Part shown: one piece after another, positions 8,948 to 17,174 of the stretch | Layout: each line of letters begins with the position of its first letter | How positions within the stretch are numbered: position 1 is the stretch's first letter | DNA from: Methylorubrum extorquens | GTDB taxonomy: Bacteria > Pseudomonadota > Alphaproteobacteria > Rhizobiales > Beijerinckiaceae | Direction: 5' to 3' | DNA length: 32,000 nucleotides | Assembly (NCBI GenBank): GCA_900234795.1 | Contig: LT962688.1 | Coordinates: 1,050,001 to 1,082,000, forward strand | Position numbers and translations under genes: made by a program | The notes under the pieces: model-generated | Told to the model about the DNA's origin: nothing | Databases searched by the model: none | The model's input: the letters and a program-made list of their open reading frames with translations, nothing else

Positions 8948-9867
8948 GCCGACAGCCTCACGCGCGGATCGAGAACGGCGGCGATGAGGTCGGCGATGAG
9001 GTTGAAGACGATCACCATCACCGCCACCAGAATCACCGTACCCATCACTAGGGTGTAGTCGCGGTTGAGCGCCCCCTCGACGAAGTAGCGGCCGATGCCG
9101 GGCAGGCCGAAGATGGTCTCGACCACCACCGAGCCGGTCATCAGCCCCGCCGCCAGCGGCCCCAGCGTCGCGACCACGGGAAGCAGCGCCCCGCGCAAAG
9201 CGTGCCGGGCGATGCGGGCGCGCGACAGCCCCATGGCGCGCTGCGTGCGGATATGCGGCTGGATCAGCACTTCGCCGAGCGAGGCGCGGGTGAGCCGGGC
9301 GATGCCGGCCGCGTGGGGCAAAGCGAGGGTGAGCACCGGCAGGACGAGGTTTTGCGGCGCGCCGTCCGCCCATCCGCCGACGGGGAGCCAAGCGAGGCCG
9401 AGGCCGAACACGATCTGGAACAGGGGCGCGGTGACGAAGTTCGGCACCGCAAGCCCGAGCGAGGCGGCGAGTCCCACCAGCCGGTCGGCGGCCCCATTAC
9501 GGTTGAAGGCGGCGAGGCTCCCGAGCGCGAGGCCGAGGCCCAGCGCCAGGACAAGCGCGAGGCTGCCGAGCGTCAGCGAGACCGGCAGCCCCCGCGCGAA
9601 CAGGTCGGTGACGGTGAGATCGCGAAAGGTGAAGGAGGGCCCGAGGTCGCCCCGCAGGAGGCTCAGGAGATAGCGCCCGAACTGCACGATCAGCGGCTGG
9701 TCGAGGCCGTAGACCCGGCGCAGGTTCTCCATCGCCGCCGCCGGCAGCGGCCGCTCCAGATCGAACGGGCCGCCGGGCGCCAGCCGGATCAGGAAGAAGC
9801 TGCCCGCTACCACGAGGAACAGGGTCGGCAGGCTCTGGGCGATCCGGTGCAGGATCAGCGGGATCAT
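8944..9867 (-). CDS. Peptide/nickel-type ABC transporter permease (OppB/DppB-like)
   Basis: MIPLILHRIAQSLPTLFLVVAGSFFLIRLAPGGPF is a classic DppB/OppB N-terminus. The protein is 307 aa. An ATGA overlap with the SBP gene stop (9864..9867) indicates translational coupling. Confidence 0.9.
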   Translation of the reverse strand: MIPLILHRIAQSLPTLFLVVAGSFFLIRLAPGGPFDLERPLPAAAMENLRRVYGLDQPLIVQFGRYLLSLLRGDLGPSFTFRDLTVTDLFARGLPVSLTLGSLALVLALGLGLALGSLAAFNRNGAADRLVGLAASLGLAVPNFVTAPLFQIVFGLGLAWLPVGGWADGAPQNLVLPVLTLALPHAAGIARLTRASLGEVLIQPHIRTQRAMGLSRARIARHALRGALLPVVATLGPLAAGLMTGSVVVETIFGLPGIGRYFVEGALNRDYTLVMGTVILVAVMVIVFNLIADLIAAVLDPRVRLSA

Positions 9868-11462
9868 GGATCGAGCCGGAGATAGCGGGTGGGGGCAACG
9901 TTGCGGATGTTCGGGTGCATCCCGTGCAGCCGCGGTGAGACGAGCGCCTTCGAGCGGTAATGCAGCAGCGGCACCCAGGGCAGTTCGTCGAGCACGATGG
10001 TTTCGGCGTCGAACAGCATGCGCGCGCGGGCCGGCACGTCGCGCTCCTGCGCCGCCCGCGTCAACAGACCGTCGAACGCTGCGTTCGACCAGCGCCCGGC
10101 ATTGAACCCGTCATTGCCGGTGCGGAGCAGAAACAAAAAGTTCTGCGGGTCGGAATAGTCGGCGACCCAGGACATCCGGGCGAGGTCGAAGCTGCCGCCG
10201 TCGCGGAGATACGCGAAGTGGGTCTTGGCGTCGGTGGAGACGAAGCGGGTCACGACGCCGATGCCGCGCCACGCATCCGCGAGCGCGATCGCCGTGTTGC
10301 GGTTGTTGTCGGTGACGTTGAAGCGGTACTCGACCGTCAGCGGGTTGCCCGGCCCGTAGCCGGCTTCTGCCAGCAGCCGCAACGCCTCCTCCTCGCGATC
10401 GATCGGCCCGTCCTCGCGCCCCGGCAGGAGCGGGGGCGGCAGGGCGTTGTCGAGGCCGGGCGGGCAGAACGAATAGGCCGGGGCCATGGTCTGCCCCCAC
10501 ACGATCTCGGCCAGAAATTCTCGGTCGATGGCCAGCGACAGGGCCCGGCGCACCCGCGCGTCGTCGAAGGGTTTTTTGCGCAGGTTGAAGGCGATGGCGA
10601 GAAGCCCGAGCCCCGGTCCGAGCTGCACCTGGGGGCCGAAACGGCTCTTGAGCGAGACGATCTGGTCGGCGGGCAGGTCGGAGAGGGAATCGATCTCGCC
10701 GGCCGCATAGCGCCGCACCGCCGCGGCGAGGTCGGGGGTCGGGATGACGTCGACCCGCTCGATCGGGATCGCGGCGGCGTCGCGGTAATGCGGGTTTTTC
10801 GTCAGGGTGATGCGGTCGTTCGGCACCCAATCGACCAGGGCGTAGGGGCCGTTCGAGACGAGGTTGCCGGGCCGCGCGAAGGCATCGCCCCAGCGCTCCA
10901 GCGAGGGGCGGTGGACCGGCAGCGAGGTCTGGTGTGTCAGGAGTTCGAGGAGGTAGGGCACCGGCTCGGCGAGCCCGATCTCCAGGGTGCGGGGATCGGG
11001 AGCCGTCACCCCCAGCGTCTCCGGCGGTTGCTCGCCCGCATTGACGGCGGCCGCCCCCCGGATCGGGAACAGCACCTCGGCATATTTCGCCGCCGTCTTC
11101 GGGTCGAGGATGCGGCGCAGCGAGAACAGGAAGTCGTCGGCCGTGACCGCATCGCCGTTCGACCAGCGCCCGTCGGGGCGGAGATGGAATCGGTAGGTCA
11201 GGCGGTCGTCGGAGACGGTCCAACGCTCGGCCATGCCGGGAATGATCGTGCCGCGGTTGTCGTAGGTCAGCAGCCCCTCGAACAGGTCGCGCAGGAGATG
11301 CGCCTCGGCCACCGTCGAGGTCTTGTGCGGATCGAGTGTTTCCGGGTCGGCGTCGTTGCCGCGGCGATAGACGGGGGAGGCCGCCCGCGCGGGAGCGGGG
11401 AGGGCGAGCCCGGCAGCAAGCGCCGCGCCGGTCTGGAGGAGGGTGCGGCGGGGGAGGCTCAT
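9864..11462 (-). CDS. ABC transporter substrate-binding protein, family 5 (OppA/DppA-like peptide-binding)
   Basis: 532 aa. The signal is Tat-like (MSLPRRTLLQTGAALAAGLALPAPARA). SBP_bac_5-like segments include ETLDPHKTSTVAEAHLLRDLFEGLL and NPHYRDAA. It is the first gene of a three-gene minus-strand operon. Confidence 0.9.
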   Translation of the reverse strand: MSLPRRTLLQTGAALAAGLALPAPARAASPVYRRGNDADPETLDPHKTSTVAEAHLLRDLFEGLLTYDNRGTIIPGMAERWTVSDDRLTYRFHLRPDGRWSNGDAVTADDFLFSLRRILDPKTAAKYAEVLFPIRGAAAVNAGEQPPETLGVTAPDPRTLEIGLAEPVPYLLELLTHQTSLPVHRPSLERWGDAFARPGNLVSNGPYALVDWVPNDRITLTKNPHYRDAAAIPIERVDVIPTPDLAAAVRRYAAGEIDSLSDLPADQIVSLKSRFGPQVQLGPGLGLLAIAFNLRKKPFDDARVRRALSLAIDREFLAEIVWGQTMAPAYSFCPPGLDNALPPPLLPGREDGPIDREEEALRLLAEAGYGPGNPLTVEYRFNVTDNNRNTAIALADAWRGIGVVTRFVSTDAKTHFAYLRDGGSFDLARMSWVADYSDPQNFLFLLRTGNDGFNAGRWSNAAFDGLLTRAAQERDVPARARMLFDAETIVLDELPWVPLLHYRSKALVSPRLHGMHPNIRNVAPTRYLRLDP

Positions 11463-11525
11463 CGAACGGGCCCTGCCCGGAGCAGGGACGGTGTGACGCT
11501 CCGCGCGCGGGCGGCCCTTTCACTC

Positions 11526-11768
11526 CCCTCGCCCCGCTTGCGGGGAGAGGGTCGCGACCACCCTGTCGTCGGCGCGACGAGGCGGCAGACGAAGGTGAGG
11601 GGGCGGCCACGGAGGAGTCTCATCCGGGGATACCCCCTTCCCCTCACTCCGGCTGCGCCTGCGCTTCCGCCCTGCACGACGGGGTGCAGGGCGGCCTCTC
11701 CCCGCCTGATCCCGGGCTTGCCCGGGATCTGATCAGCAGTAGCCAAAGTCGGGCAAGCCCGGCTTTGG
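11526..11768. repeat. Concatenated REP-like palindromes (at least 4 hairpin units) between the GlcG-like gene stop and the SBP gene start
   Basis: Read directly: a degenerate ccctcgccccgc tt gcggggagaggg at 11526..11551; the shared 29-nt segment at 11578..11606; a 9-bp IR gatcccggg cttg cccgggatc at 11708..11729; and a 12-bp IR ccaaagtcgggc aa gcccggctttgg at about 11743..11768. Confidence 0.7.
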
Positions 11769-11819
11769 TCGGGGAGAGGGGACACGCGGTGCGTGCCTTC
11801 AACCACGGCCGTCAGGCGC

Positions 11820-12257
11820 TCACGCCCCCGTCTCCCCCTTCAGCCCCGCTGCCTCGATGCCGGCCAGCGCGCAGATCTCGTCGTTGTCGGAGGTGTCGCC
11901 GGAGACGCCGACCGCGCCGAGCAGGCGGCCGTCGGCGTCGCGGATCAGCACGCCGCCGGGCACCGGCACCAGGGCGTCCGGGCCGACGAGGTGGCTCACC
12001 GCGGCCACGAAATGCGGCTGCTCCTCGGCGCGCTTGGCGATGGCCCGCGAGCCGAGGCCGAGCGCCAGCGCGCCGTTGGCCTTGCCGCGGGCCACTTCCG
12101 CGCGGCGCAGGGAGGTGCCGTCCTCGGCTGCAAGGCATTTGAGGGCGCCGCGGGCGTCGTAGACGACCACCGCCAGCGGCTTGAGATTCCGTTCGCGGGC
12201 GGTCTTCAGAGCGGTCGCCACAAGGGTCTGGGCGGCGGCGAGCGTCAGGTCGGTCAT
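11820..12257 (-). CDS. GlcG/HbpS-like haem-binding protein (DUF336)
   Basis: ORF 11820..12293 trimmed to the ATG at 12257, which has a GAGGA upstream. The sequence is MTDLTLAAAQTLVATALKTARERNLKPLAVVVYDARG...GGVLIRDADGRLLGAVGVSGDTSDNDEICA, which is the typical DUF336 signature. Confidence 0.8.
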   Translation of the reverse strand: MTDLTLAAAQTLVATALKTARERNLKPLAVVVYDARGALKCLAAEDGTSLRRAEVARGKANGALALGLGSRAIAKRAEEQPHFVAAVSHLVGPDALVPVPGGVLIRDADGRLLGAVGVSGDTSDNDEICALAGIEAAGLKGETGA

Positions 12258-12326
12258 CCGGATGTCCTCGAAGGATCGCGTTGTCGAGGACATGCACCGG
12301 CGGGGCCGGTTTCGCCAAGCGCGCCT

Positions 12327-12779
12327 TCAGGCGACCGTCACCTCGGTCCGCACGGAATTGGCGATGAAGCAGGTCTCGTGCGCCTCATGGTGGAGCGCGG
12401 CGAGCCGTTCCACATCCGGGGCTTCGCCGACCCATTCGATGCGCGGGTGCAGCACCACCCGCGTCACCGCCTGCCGGCCGGTCGCGATTTCCTCCATGCT
12501 GCCCTCAGCATGGTCACGGTAGGCCTGCGCGACGAAGCCGGCGAGCCTCGCGACGTGGAGGAAGCTCAGCATGTGGCAGGTCGAGAGGGACGCCACCAGC
12601 ATCTCCTCGGGATCGACCGCCGCCGCCACCGCCCACTTGCCGACGACGTGCGGCGAGGCCGAGCCCGCGAGTTCGACGCCGCCATCGAAGCGAACGGTGT
12701 GGCCGCGGCTGTAGCGCCCCGCGGAAAAGTCCTCGCCCGCCGCCAGCGCCCAGCGGACATCCGCGGTGTAGGTCGCCAT
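12327..12779 (-). CDS. OsmC/Ohr-family protein (peroxiredoxin-like)
   Basis: ORF 12327..12938 trimmed to the ATG at 12779, which is preceded by GGGAGG. The protein is 150 aa. It contains EEMLVASLSTCHMLSFL and EAHETCFIANSV, matching the two conserved Cys regions of OsmC-like proteins. It lies 69 nt upstream of the GlcG-like gene on the same strand, so the two are probably an operon. Confidence 0.8.
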   Translation of the reverse strand: MATYTADVRWALAAGEDFSAGRYSRGHTVRFDGGVELAGSASPHVVGKWAVAAAVDPEEMLVASLSTCHMLSFLHVARLAGFVAQAYRDHAEGSMEEIATGRQAVTRVVLHPRIEWVGEAPDVERLAALHHEAHETCFIANSVRTEVTVA

Positions 12780-12927
12780 CCTCGCCTCCCGATCCGTCGG
12801 CGTCAGCCTATCCGGCACGGGCGCCCGCAGCCAAGCCGGCGGCGCGTCGCCGCGGCGGCGCGCCCTGGCCCGATTGGGCGTCCGGTCTAGTTCCGCTTCC
12901 ACCCTCGAGAGCAGGAACCCTGACGCC

Positions 12928-13644
12928 ATGGCCGACACATCGGAGCACCCCTACGTCCTGTGCCACATGACCACCTCGGTCGATGGGCGCATCAAGGTCC
13001 GGCGCTGGACCACCATCGACGCGGATTCGCACTACGAGGAGGTCCACAAGCAACTGAAGGGCGATGCCTGGATGTGCGGTCGCATCACCATGCAGGGCTA
13101 TGCCGACAGCGCCAAGCCGCTCGCCTCCGTTCCGCCCGAGGAGCCGGTGTCGCGCGAGGATCACGTCGCTCGCACCGATGCGTCCGGCTACGCGGTGGCG
13201 CTCGATGCCCGCGGCGCGATGGATTGGGGCGCACGCAACGACATCGAGGGCGATCACGTCATCGTGCTGACGACGGGACAGGCCTCGGACGACCGCCTGC
13301 GCCGCCTGAAGGCCGGCGGCCAATCCTACATCATCGCCGGCGAGCACGAGGTCGATTTCGCTCTCGCGCTGGCCAAGCTCAAGCGCCTGTTCGGCATCGA
13401 GCGCCTGCTGGTCGAGGGGGGCGGGCGCATCAACGGCTCGATGCTGAAGGCCGGGCTCGTAGACGAACTCAGCCTGCTGCTCGCGCCCGCCGTCGACGGC
13501 GTGCTCGGCACGCCGGCCCTGTTCGACTTCGAGGGCGGGGAAGGGGATTCCATGGGCTCGCGTCGCCGCCTCACCCGCACCGTCTGCGCGCCGTTCGACG
13601 ACGGCACCGTCTGGCTGCGCTACCGGATCGAAGCGGTCGGCTGA
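12928..13644 (+). CDS. RibD C-terminal domain / dihydrofolate-reductase-like family protein
   Basis: ORF 12874..13644 trimmed to the ATG at 12928. The sequence is YVLCHMTTSVDGRI...LLVEGGGRINGSMLKAGLVDELSLLLAPAVDG, as in RibD_C reductases. The protein is 238 aa. Confidence 0.75.
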   Translation: MADTSEHPYVLCHMTTSVDGRIKVRRWTTIDADSHYEEVHKQLKGDAWMCGRITMQGYADSAKPLASVPPEEPVSREDHVARTDASGYAVALDARGAMDWGARNDIEGDHVIVLTTGQASDDRLRRLKAGGQSYIIAGEHEVDFALALAKLKRLFGIERLLVEGGGRINGSMLKAGLVDELSLLLAPAVDGVLGTPALFDFEGGEGDSMGSRRRLTRTVCAPFDDGTVWLRYRIEAVG

Positions 13645-13680
13645 TACGGTTTCGCTTGATCAAAGCGAAGACCGTATCAG
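13641..13680. terminator. 17-bp stem hairpin (ctgatacggtttcgctt GATC aagcgaagaccgtatcag) between convergent genes
   Basis: Read directly. 10 perfect bp are followed by 7 further pairs (one G.U) around a GATC centre. It overlaps the TGA of the RibD_C-like gene. There is no U-tract. Confidence 0.5.
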
Positions 13681-13730
13681 CAAGCCCGCGCGGCGCCTGA
13701 GCGGCGTCCAAATCCGCCATCCCGAAGGGA

Positions 13731-14771
13731 TCAACCGGATTTGGTATGACCTCGCGCTTCGGGATGGGCGGCGAGGAAGGCGTCGTAGGCGTTCGTCACC
13801 GCCGCCCGGTTCTCGAAATGCGGGAAGGCACCCGTCGGCAGCCGCAGGATCGTCCAGTTCGGGCGCCCGGCCACCTCGCCGACATAGCGGTAATCGACGA
13901 AGTCGCCCCGCGCCCCGTGCACCATGAAGACCGGCAGGCGCAAAGCCTCGTAGACCCGCGTGGTGTCGTCGGGGAACAGGTAGCCGGAGAGGAACGAGAA
14001 CGGCGCGTGCTCGGCGCCTGGCTGGCGGGCCGAGAGCTGGTCGTAGGCGAGCAGGCCCTCGTCGATGTCGCGGCTGCCCCAGGTCTTTTCCAGGAAGAAG
14101 CGCATGCTCGGCCGGCTCACCAGCGCGTCGAAGAGCGGGCGGCCCCAGAGCGGGAAGGCGGCGAGCCCTCGGGCCAGCGGCTTGCCGCGGTTGGCGTCCG
14201 CCGGCCCGTACCCGGAAAGGCGGGCGTCGAAGCCGGTCGGGCTGATGAGGCCGAGCGTCGAAAACAGGTCCGGCCGCTCCAGAGCGGCGCGGGCGAGATA
14301 GGCGCAAGGCAGCGAGAGCGCGATCGCGTCGAGCGCCACGCCGCCGTGGCGGCCGGCGATCTCGGAAGCCGCGTCGAGGATCGCGTCGGTCATCAGCCGG
14401 GGCGTGTAGATCCGGTCCGCCCGCTCGGAGTGGCCGAAGCCCGGCAGTTCCAGCGCGTAGACCGGGCGGTGGCCCCGGTAATGCTCGTAGAGCGGCTTGA
14501 CCTCGTAGGCGTTGGCCGCCGCGTTGACCGAGTGGATCAGGAGCAGCGGCCGTCCGCCCTGCGCATCCGCGGCGTAGAGATTCACCCGGCCCGCCCGCGT
14601 GCGCAGGGTGCTGCGCCGCCCAGGCAGGGCCGGAGGCAGGGCCGGAGGCAGGGGGCCGGCCCGGTTCAGCCCGAGATGGCTCCAGGCGATCCAGGCGCCG
14701 GCCGCCGCCAGCGGCAGCAGGGCGAGGGCCTTTCCGCTCTTTCGTGTCACGGGATGGCTCGTGCCGCGCAT
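13731..14771 (-). CDS. Alpha/beta-fold hydrolase with N-terminal membrane anchor or signal
   Basis: ORF 13731..14918 trimmed to the ATG at 14771 (GGAG upstream). The hydrophobic N-terminus is ALALLPLAAAGAWIAW. LLLIHSVNAAANAYE and LELPGFGHSE are typical of the alpha/beta hydrolase fold. I could not identify the nucleophile motif with certainty. Confidence 0.75.
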   Translation of the reverse strand: MRGTSHPVTRKSGKALALLPLAAAGAWIAWSHLGLNRAGPLPPALPPALPGRRSTLRTRAGRVNLYAADAQGGRPLLLIHSVNAAANAYEVKPLYEHYRGHRPVYALELPGFGHSERADRIYTPRLMTDAILDAASEIAGRHGGVALDAIALSLPCAYLARAALERPDLFSTLGLISPTGFDARLSGYGPADANRGKPLARGLAAFPLWGRPLFDALVSRPSMRFFLEKTWGSRDIDEGLLAYDQLSARQPGAEHAPFSFLSGYLFPDDTTRVYEALRLPVFMVHGARGDFVDYRYVGEVAGRPNWTILRLPTGAFPHFENRAAVTNAYDAFLAAHPEARGHTKSG

Positions 14772-14999
14772 GATTTCTCCGTTCCGCTCTCGCGTCGGAC
14801 AACGCGGGGCGGGGGCCGGCGTTGCCCCGATCACCGGCCACCCCCGGCTCACGCCGCGGCGGCCCCCGTTCAGCGTGCAGGCCAGCGAAGGGGGCAGGAA
14901 CCGGATGCCGGTTCGCAAGGCGCCGCGCGCGAGCCCGTCCGAGAGACAGCTTGCCTAGCTTGGTCCGGCAATCTGGATGCTCCTCATGCTGCGCGAGCA

Positions 15000-15073
15000 G
15001 CCTCGAAGCACGCCGCGACGCTTCCCCAATCGAGCCGTGCTGGGGGATCGACCGTTCCGGGGTGCTTCGAGGC
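15000..15073. repeat. Long-range perfect 12-bp stem (gcctcgaagcac / gtgcttcgaggc) enclosing a 50-nt loop with an inner 5-bp stem
   Basis: Read directly in the 397-nt gap between the ABC-F stop (15169) and the hydrolase start (14771). It shares the CCTCGAAG core with the palindrome at 18452..18504. Confidence 0.45.
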
Positions 15074-15168
15074 CGGGCGATCGCTCGGCATCTCAGCTTG
15101 AGGAGCGATGGCCCTGCCCATAAGCTGCACTCGAACTGGCGGGCTTGGGACAGGTTCGCGGCCTAGCC

Positions 15169-17034
15169 TCAAGCCGCCGCCTCGATCTCGCCGCTCACCT
15201 CCAGCCATTCCTCCTCGGCCTTGGCCAGGGCCTCGGCGGCCTCGGCGCGCATGCGGGCGATGTCGCCGGCCTTGGCCGCGTCCTTGAGGAAGGCCGTGCC
15301 GTCGGCCAAAGCCGCGTCAATCTTCTCGATCGCCGCCGAGAGCTTGGCCATGCGCGCCTCGATGCCGTCGAGGCGCTTGCGCAGCGGCGCCAGAGCCGCG
15401 CGACGCTCCACCGCCGAGCGGCGCGCCTCGGCCTTCTGCCCCCCGGTGCCCTCGCCGGACGTGTCCACCCGCTCCGGGCCGGCGAGGACGAGACGGCGGT
15501 AATCGTCCATGTCACCGTCGAAGGACTTCACCGAGCCGTCGCCGACGATCCAGAGCCGGTCGGCGCAGGCCTCGATCAGGAAGCGGTCGTGGGAAACGAG
15601 GATCACCGCCCCCTCGTAATCGTTGATCGCCTCCACCAGAGCCTGCCGGCTCTCGATATCGAGGTGGTTGGTCGGCTCGTCGAGGATCAGCAGGTGCGGC
15701 CCGTCGAAGGCGGCGAGCCCCATCAACAGTCGCGCCTTCTCGCCGCCGGAGAGTTTTTCCACCGGCGTGTCGGCCTTTGACGCCGGGAAGCCCAGCCGGG
15801 CGGCGGCCGAGCGCACCTTGGCCTCGGGCGCGTCGGGCATGCGGTCGCGCACATGCGCCACCGCGCTCTCGGACGGGCGCAGCTCGTCGAGCTGATGCTG
15901 CGCGAAATAGGCGACCTCCATCTTGGAGGAGCGCCGCATCTCGCCCGCGAGCGGGGGCAGCCGCCCGCCGATCAGCTTGCAGAAGGTGGACTTGCCGTTG
16001 CCGTTGGCGCCGAGCAGCGCCACCCGGTCGTCGGGGGCCAGTGACAGGTTGAGCCCCGAGAGCACGATGCGCTCGCCGTAGCCGGCCTGGACGCGCTCCA
16101 TCGCCACGATCGGCGGCGAGAGCGGCTTTTCCGGGCTCGGCAGGTGGATCACCGGCACGTCGTCTTCGAGAAGCGCGGCGATGGGCTCCATCTTGGCGAG
16201 CCGCTTCATCCGCGATTGGGCTTGGCGCGCCTTGGTCGCCTTGGCCTTGAAGCGGTCGATGAAGCTCTGCAGATGCGCCCGCTCGACCTCCTGCTTGGCC
16301 TTCGCCTTGGCCTGGAGCACCCGCTTCTCGGAGAGCTGGCGGGCGAAGCTGGTATAGCCGCCGCGGTAGATCGTGAGCTTGCCGCGGTCCAGATGCAGGA
16401 TGTGATCGACGCTCGTGTCGAGCAATTCCCGGTCGTGGCTGATGATGACGGCCGTGCGGGGGTACTTCTCGATATAGTCGTAGAGCCAGAGCGTGCCCTC
16501 GATATCGAGGTAGTTGGTGGGCTCGTCGAGAAGCAGCAGGTCAGGCTCGGAGAACAGCACCGCAGCGAGCGCCACCCGCATCCGCCAGCCGCCGGAGAAG
16601 TCCGAGCAGGGGCGGCCCTGCGCCGCCGCGTCAAAACCGAGGCCGTGCAGGATCGCCGCGGCGCGGGCCGGGGCCGAATGGGCGCCGATATCGACGAGCC
16701 GCGTCTCGATCTCGGCCCGACGCAGCCCGTCGGCGTGCTCCGCCTCCAGCATCAGCCGAGAGCGCTCGGTGTCGGCGGCGAGCACGACCTCGTGCAGGGT
16801 CTCGGGGCCGGCGGGCGCTTCCTGCGCCACCGCGCCGATGCGCATGCCCTTGGGCAGCGAGACCGCGCCGGCATCGGTCGGCAACTCGCCGAGGATCGCC
16901 CGGAACAGGGTGGTCTTGCCCGCCCCGTTGCGGCCCACGAGCCCGACCCGAGCCCGGTCGGGAATCGCGAAGGTCGCCGAATCGAGGATGACCCGCTCGC
17001 CGATGCGGTAGGTGAGATCGTTGACGCGCAGCAT
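15169..17034 (-). CDS. ABC-F family ATPase (two ABC domains, no TM domain)
   Basis: 621 aa. It has two Walker A motifs (GRNGAGKTT, GANGNGKST), two signature motifs (FSGGWRMR, LSGGEKAR), an inter-domain linker and a C-terminal coiled-coil-like tail. This is the ABC-F (Uup/YheS/EttA-like) architecture. Confidence 0.9.
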   Translation of the reverse strand: MLRVNDLTYRIGERVILDSATFAIPDRARVGLVGRNGAGKTTLFRAILGELPTDAGAVSLPKGMRIGAVAQEAPAGPETLHEVVLAADTERSRLMLEAEHADGLRRAEIETRLVDIGAHSAPARAAAILHGLGFDAAAQGRPCSDFSGGWRMRVALAAVLFSEPDLLLLDEPTNYLDIEGTLWLYDYIEKYPRTAVIISHDRELLDTSVDHILHLDRGKLTIYRGGYTSFARQLSEKRVLQAKAKAKQEVERAHLQSFIDRFKAKATKARQAQSRMKRLAKMEPIAALLEDDVPVIHLPSPEKPLSPPIVAMERVQAGYGERIVLSGLNLSLAPDDRVALLGANGNGKSTFCKLIGGRLPPLAGEMRRSSKMEVAYFAQHQLDELRPSESAVAHVRDRMPDAPEAKVRSAAARLGFPASKADTPVEKLSGGEKARLLMGLAAFDGPHLLILDEPTNHLDIESRQALVEAINDYEGAVILVSHDRFLIEACADRLWIVGDGSVKSFDGDMDDYRRLVLAGPERVDTSGEGTGGQKAEARRSAVERRAALAPLRKRLDGIEARMAKLSAAIEKIDAALADGTAFLKDAAKAGDIARMRAEAAEALAKAEEEWLEVSGEIEAAA

Positions 17035-17174
17035 GAGCGGCGTTCTGGGGGGTGGGCGAGCTTCAGCGCAAGAGCGGCGGCCCCGTACAGGCCTTCCGCG
17101 GGGCCCGCGCGAACGTTTTGCCAGCTTGAGCGTTCGGCTCGGACGAACAACGGCAAAAAAGACGCGGAGGAACC

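Noticed and set aside
9960-11732. 590-aa (+) and 499-aa (-, 10111..11610) ORFs overlapping the substrate-binding protein gene
   Set aside because: Same high-GC shadow-ORF pattern. The SBP frame has a signal peptide, family motifs and operon coupling.
2249-11768. Possibility that the recurring palindromes are a CRISPR array or MITE with terminal inverted repeats
   Set aside because: The copies are scattered at gene ends several kb apart. They have no regular repeat-spacer periodicity, no cas genes, no target-site duplications that I can see, and no transposase. REP/BIME-like intergenic repeats fit better.
13660-14841. 393-aa ORF in a second minus frame over the alpha/beta hydrolase gene, and the plus-strand ORF 13746..15101
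   Set aside because: Pro/Arg/Gly/Ala-rich with no hydrolase motifs. The 13731..14771 frame carries the alpha/beta-fold signatures and an RBS.
14977-15123. 48-codon ORF (MLLMLREQPRSTPRRFPNRAVLGDRPFRGASRPGDRSASQLEERWPCP) in the ABC-F / hydrolase gap
   Set aside because: Only about 70% GC3, which is low for this genome. It has no RBS, an Arg/Ser/Pro-rich composition, and it overlaps the long-range hairpin.
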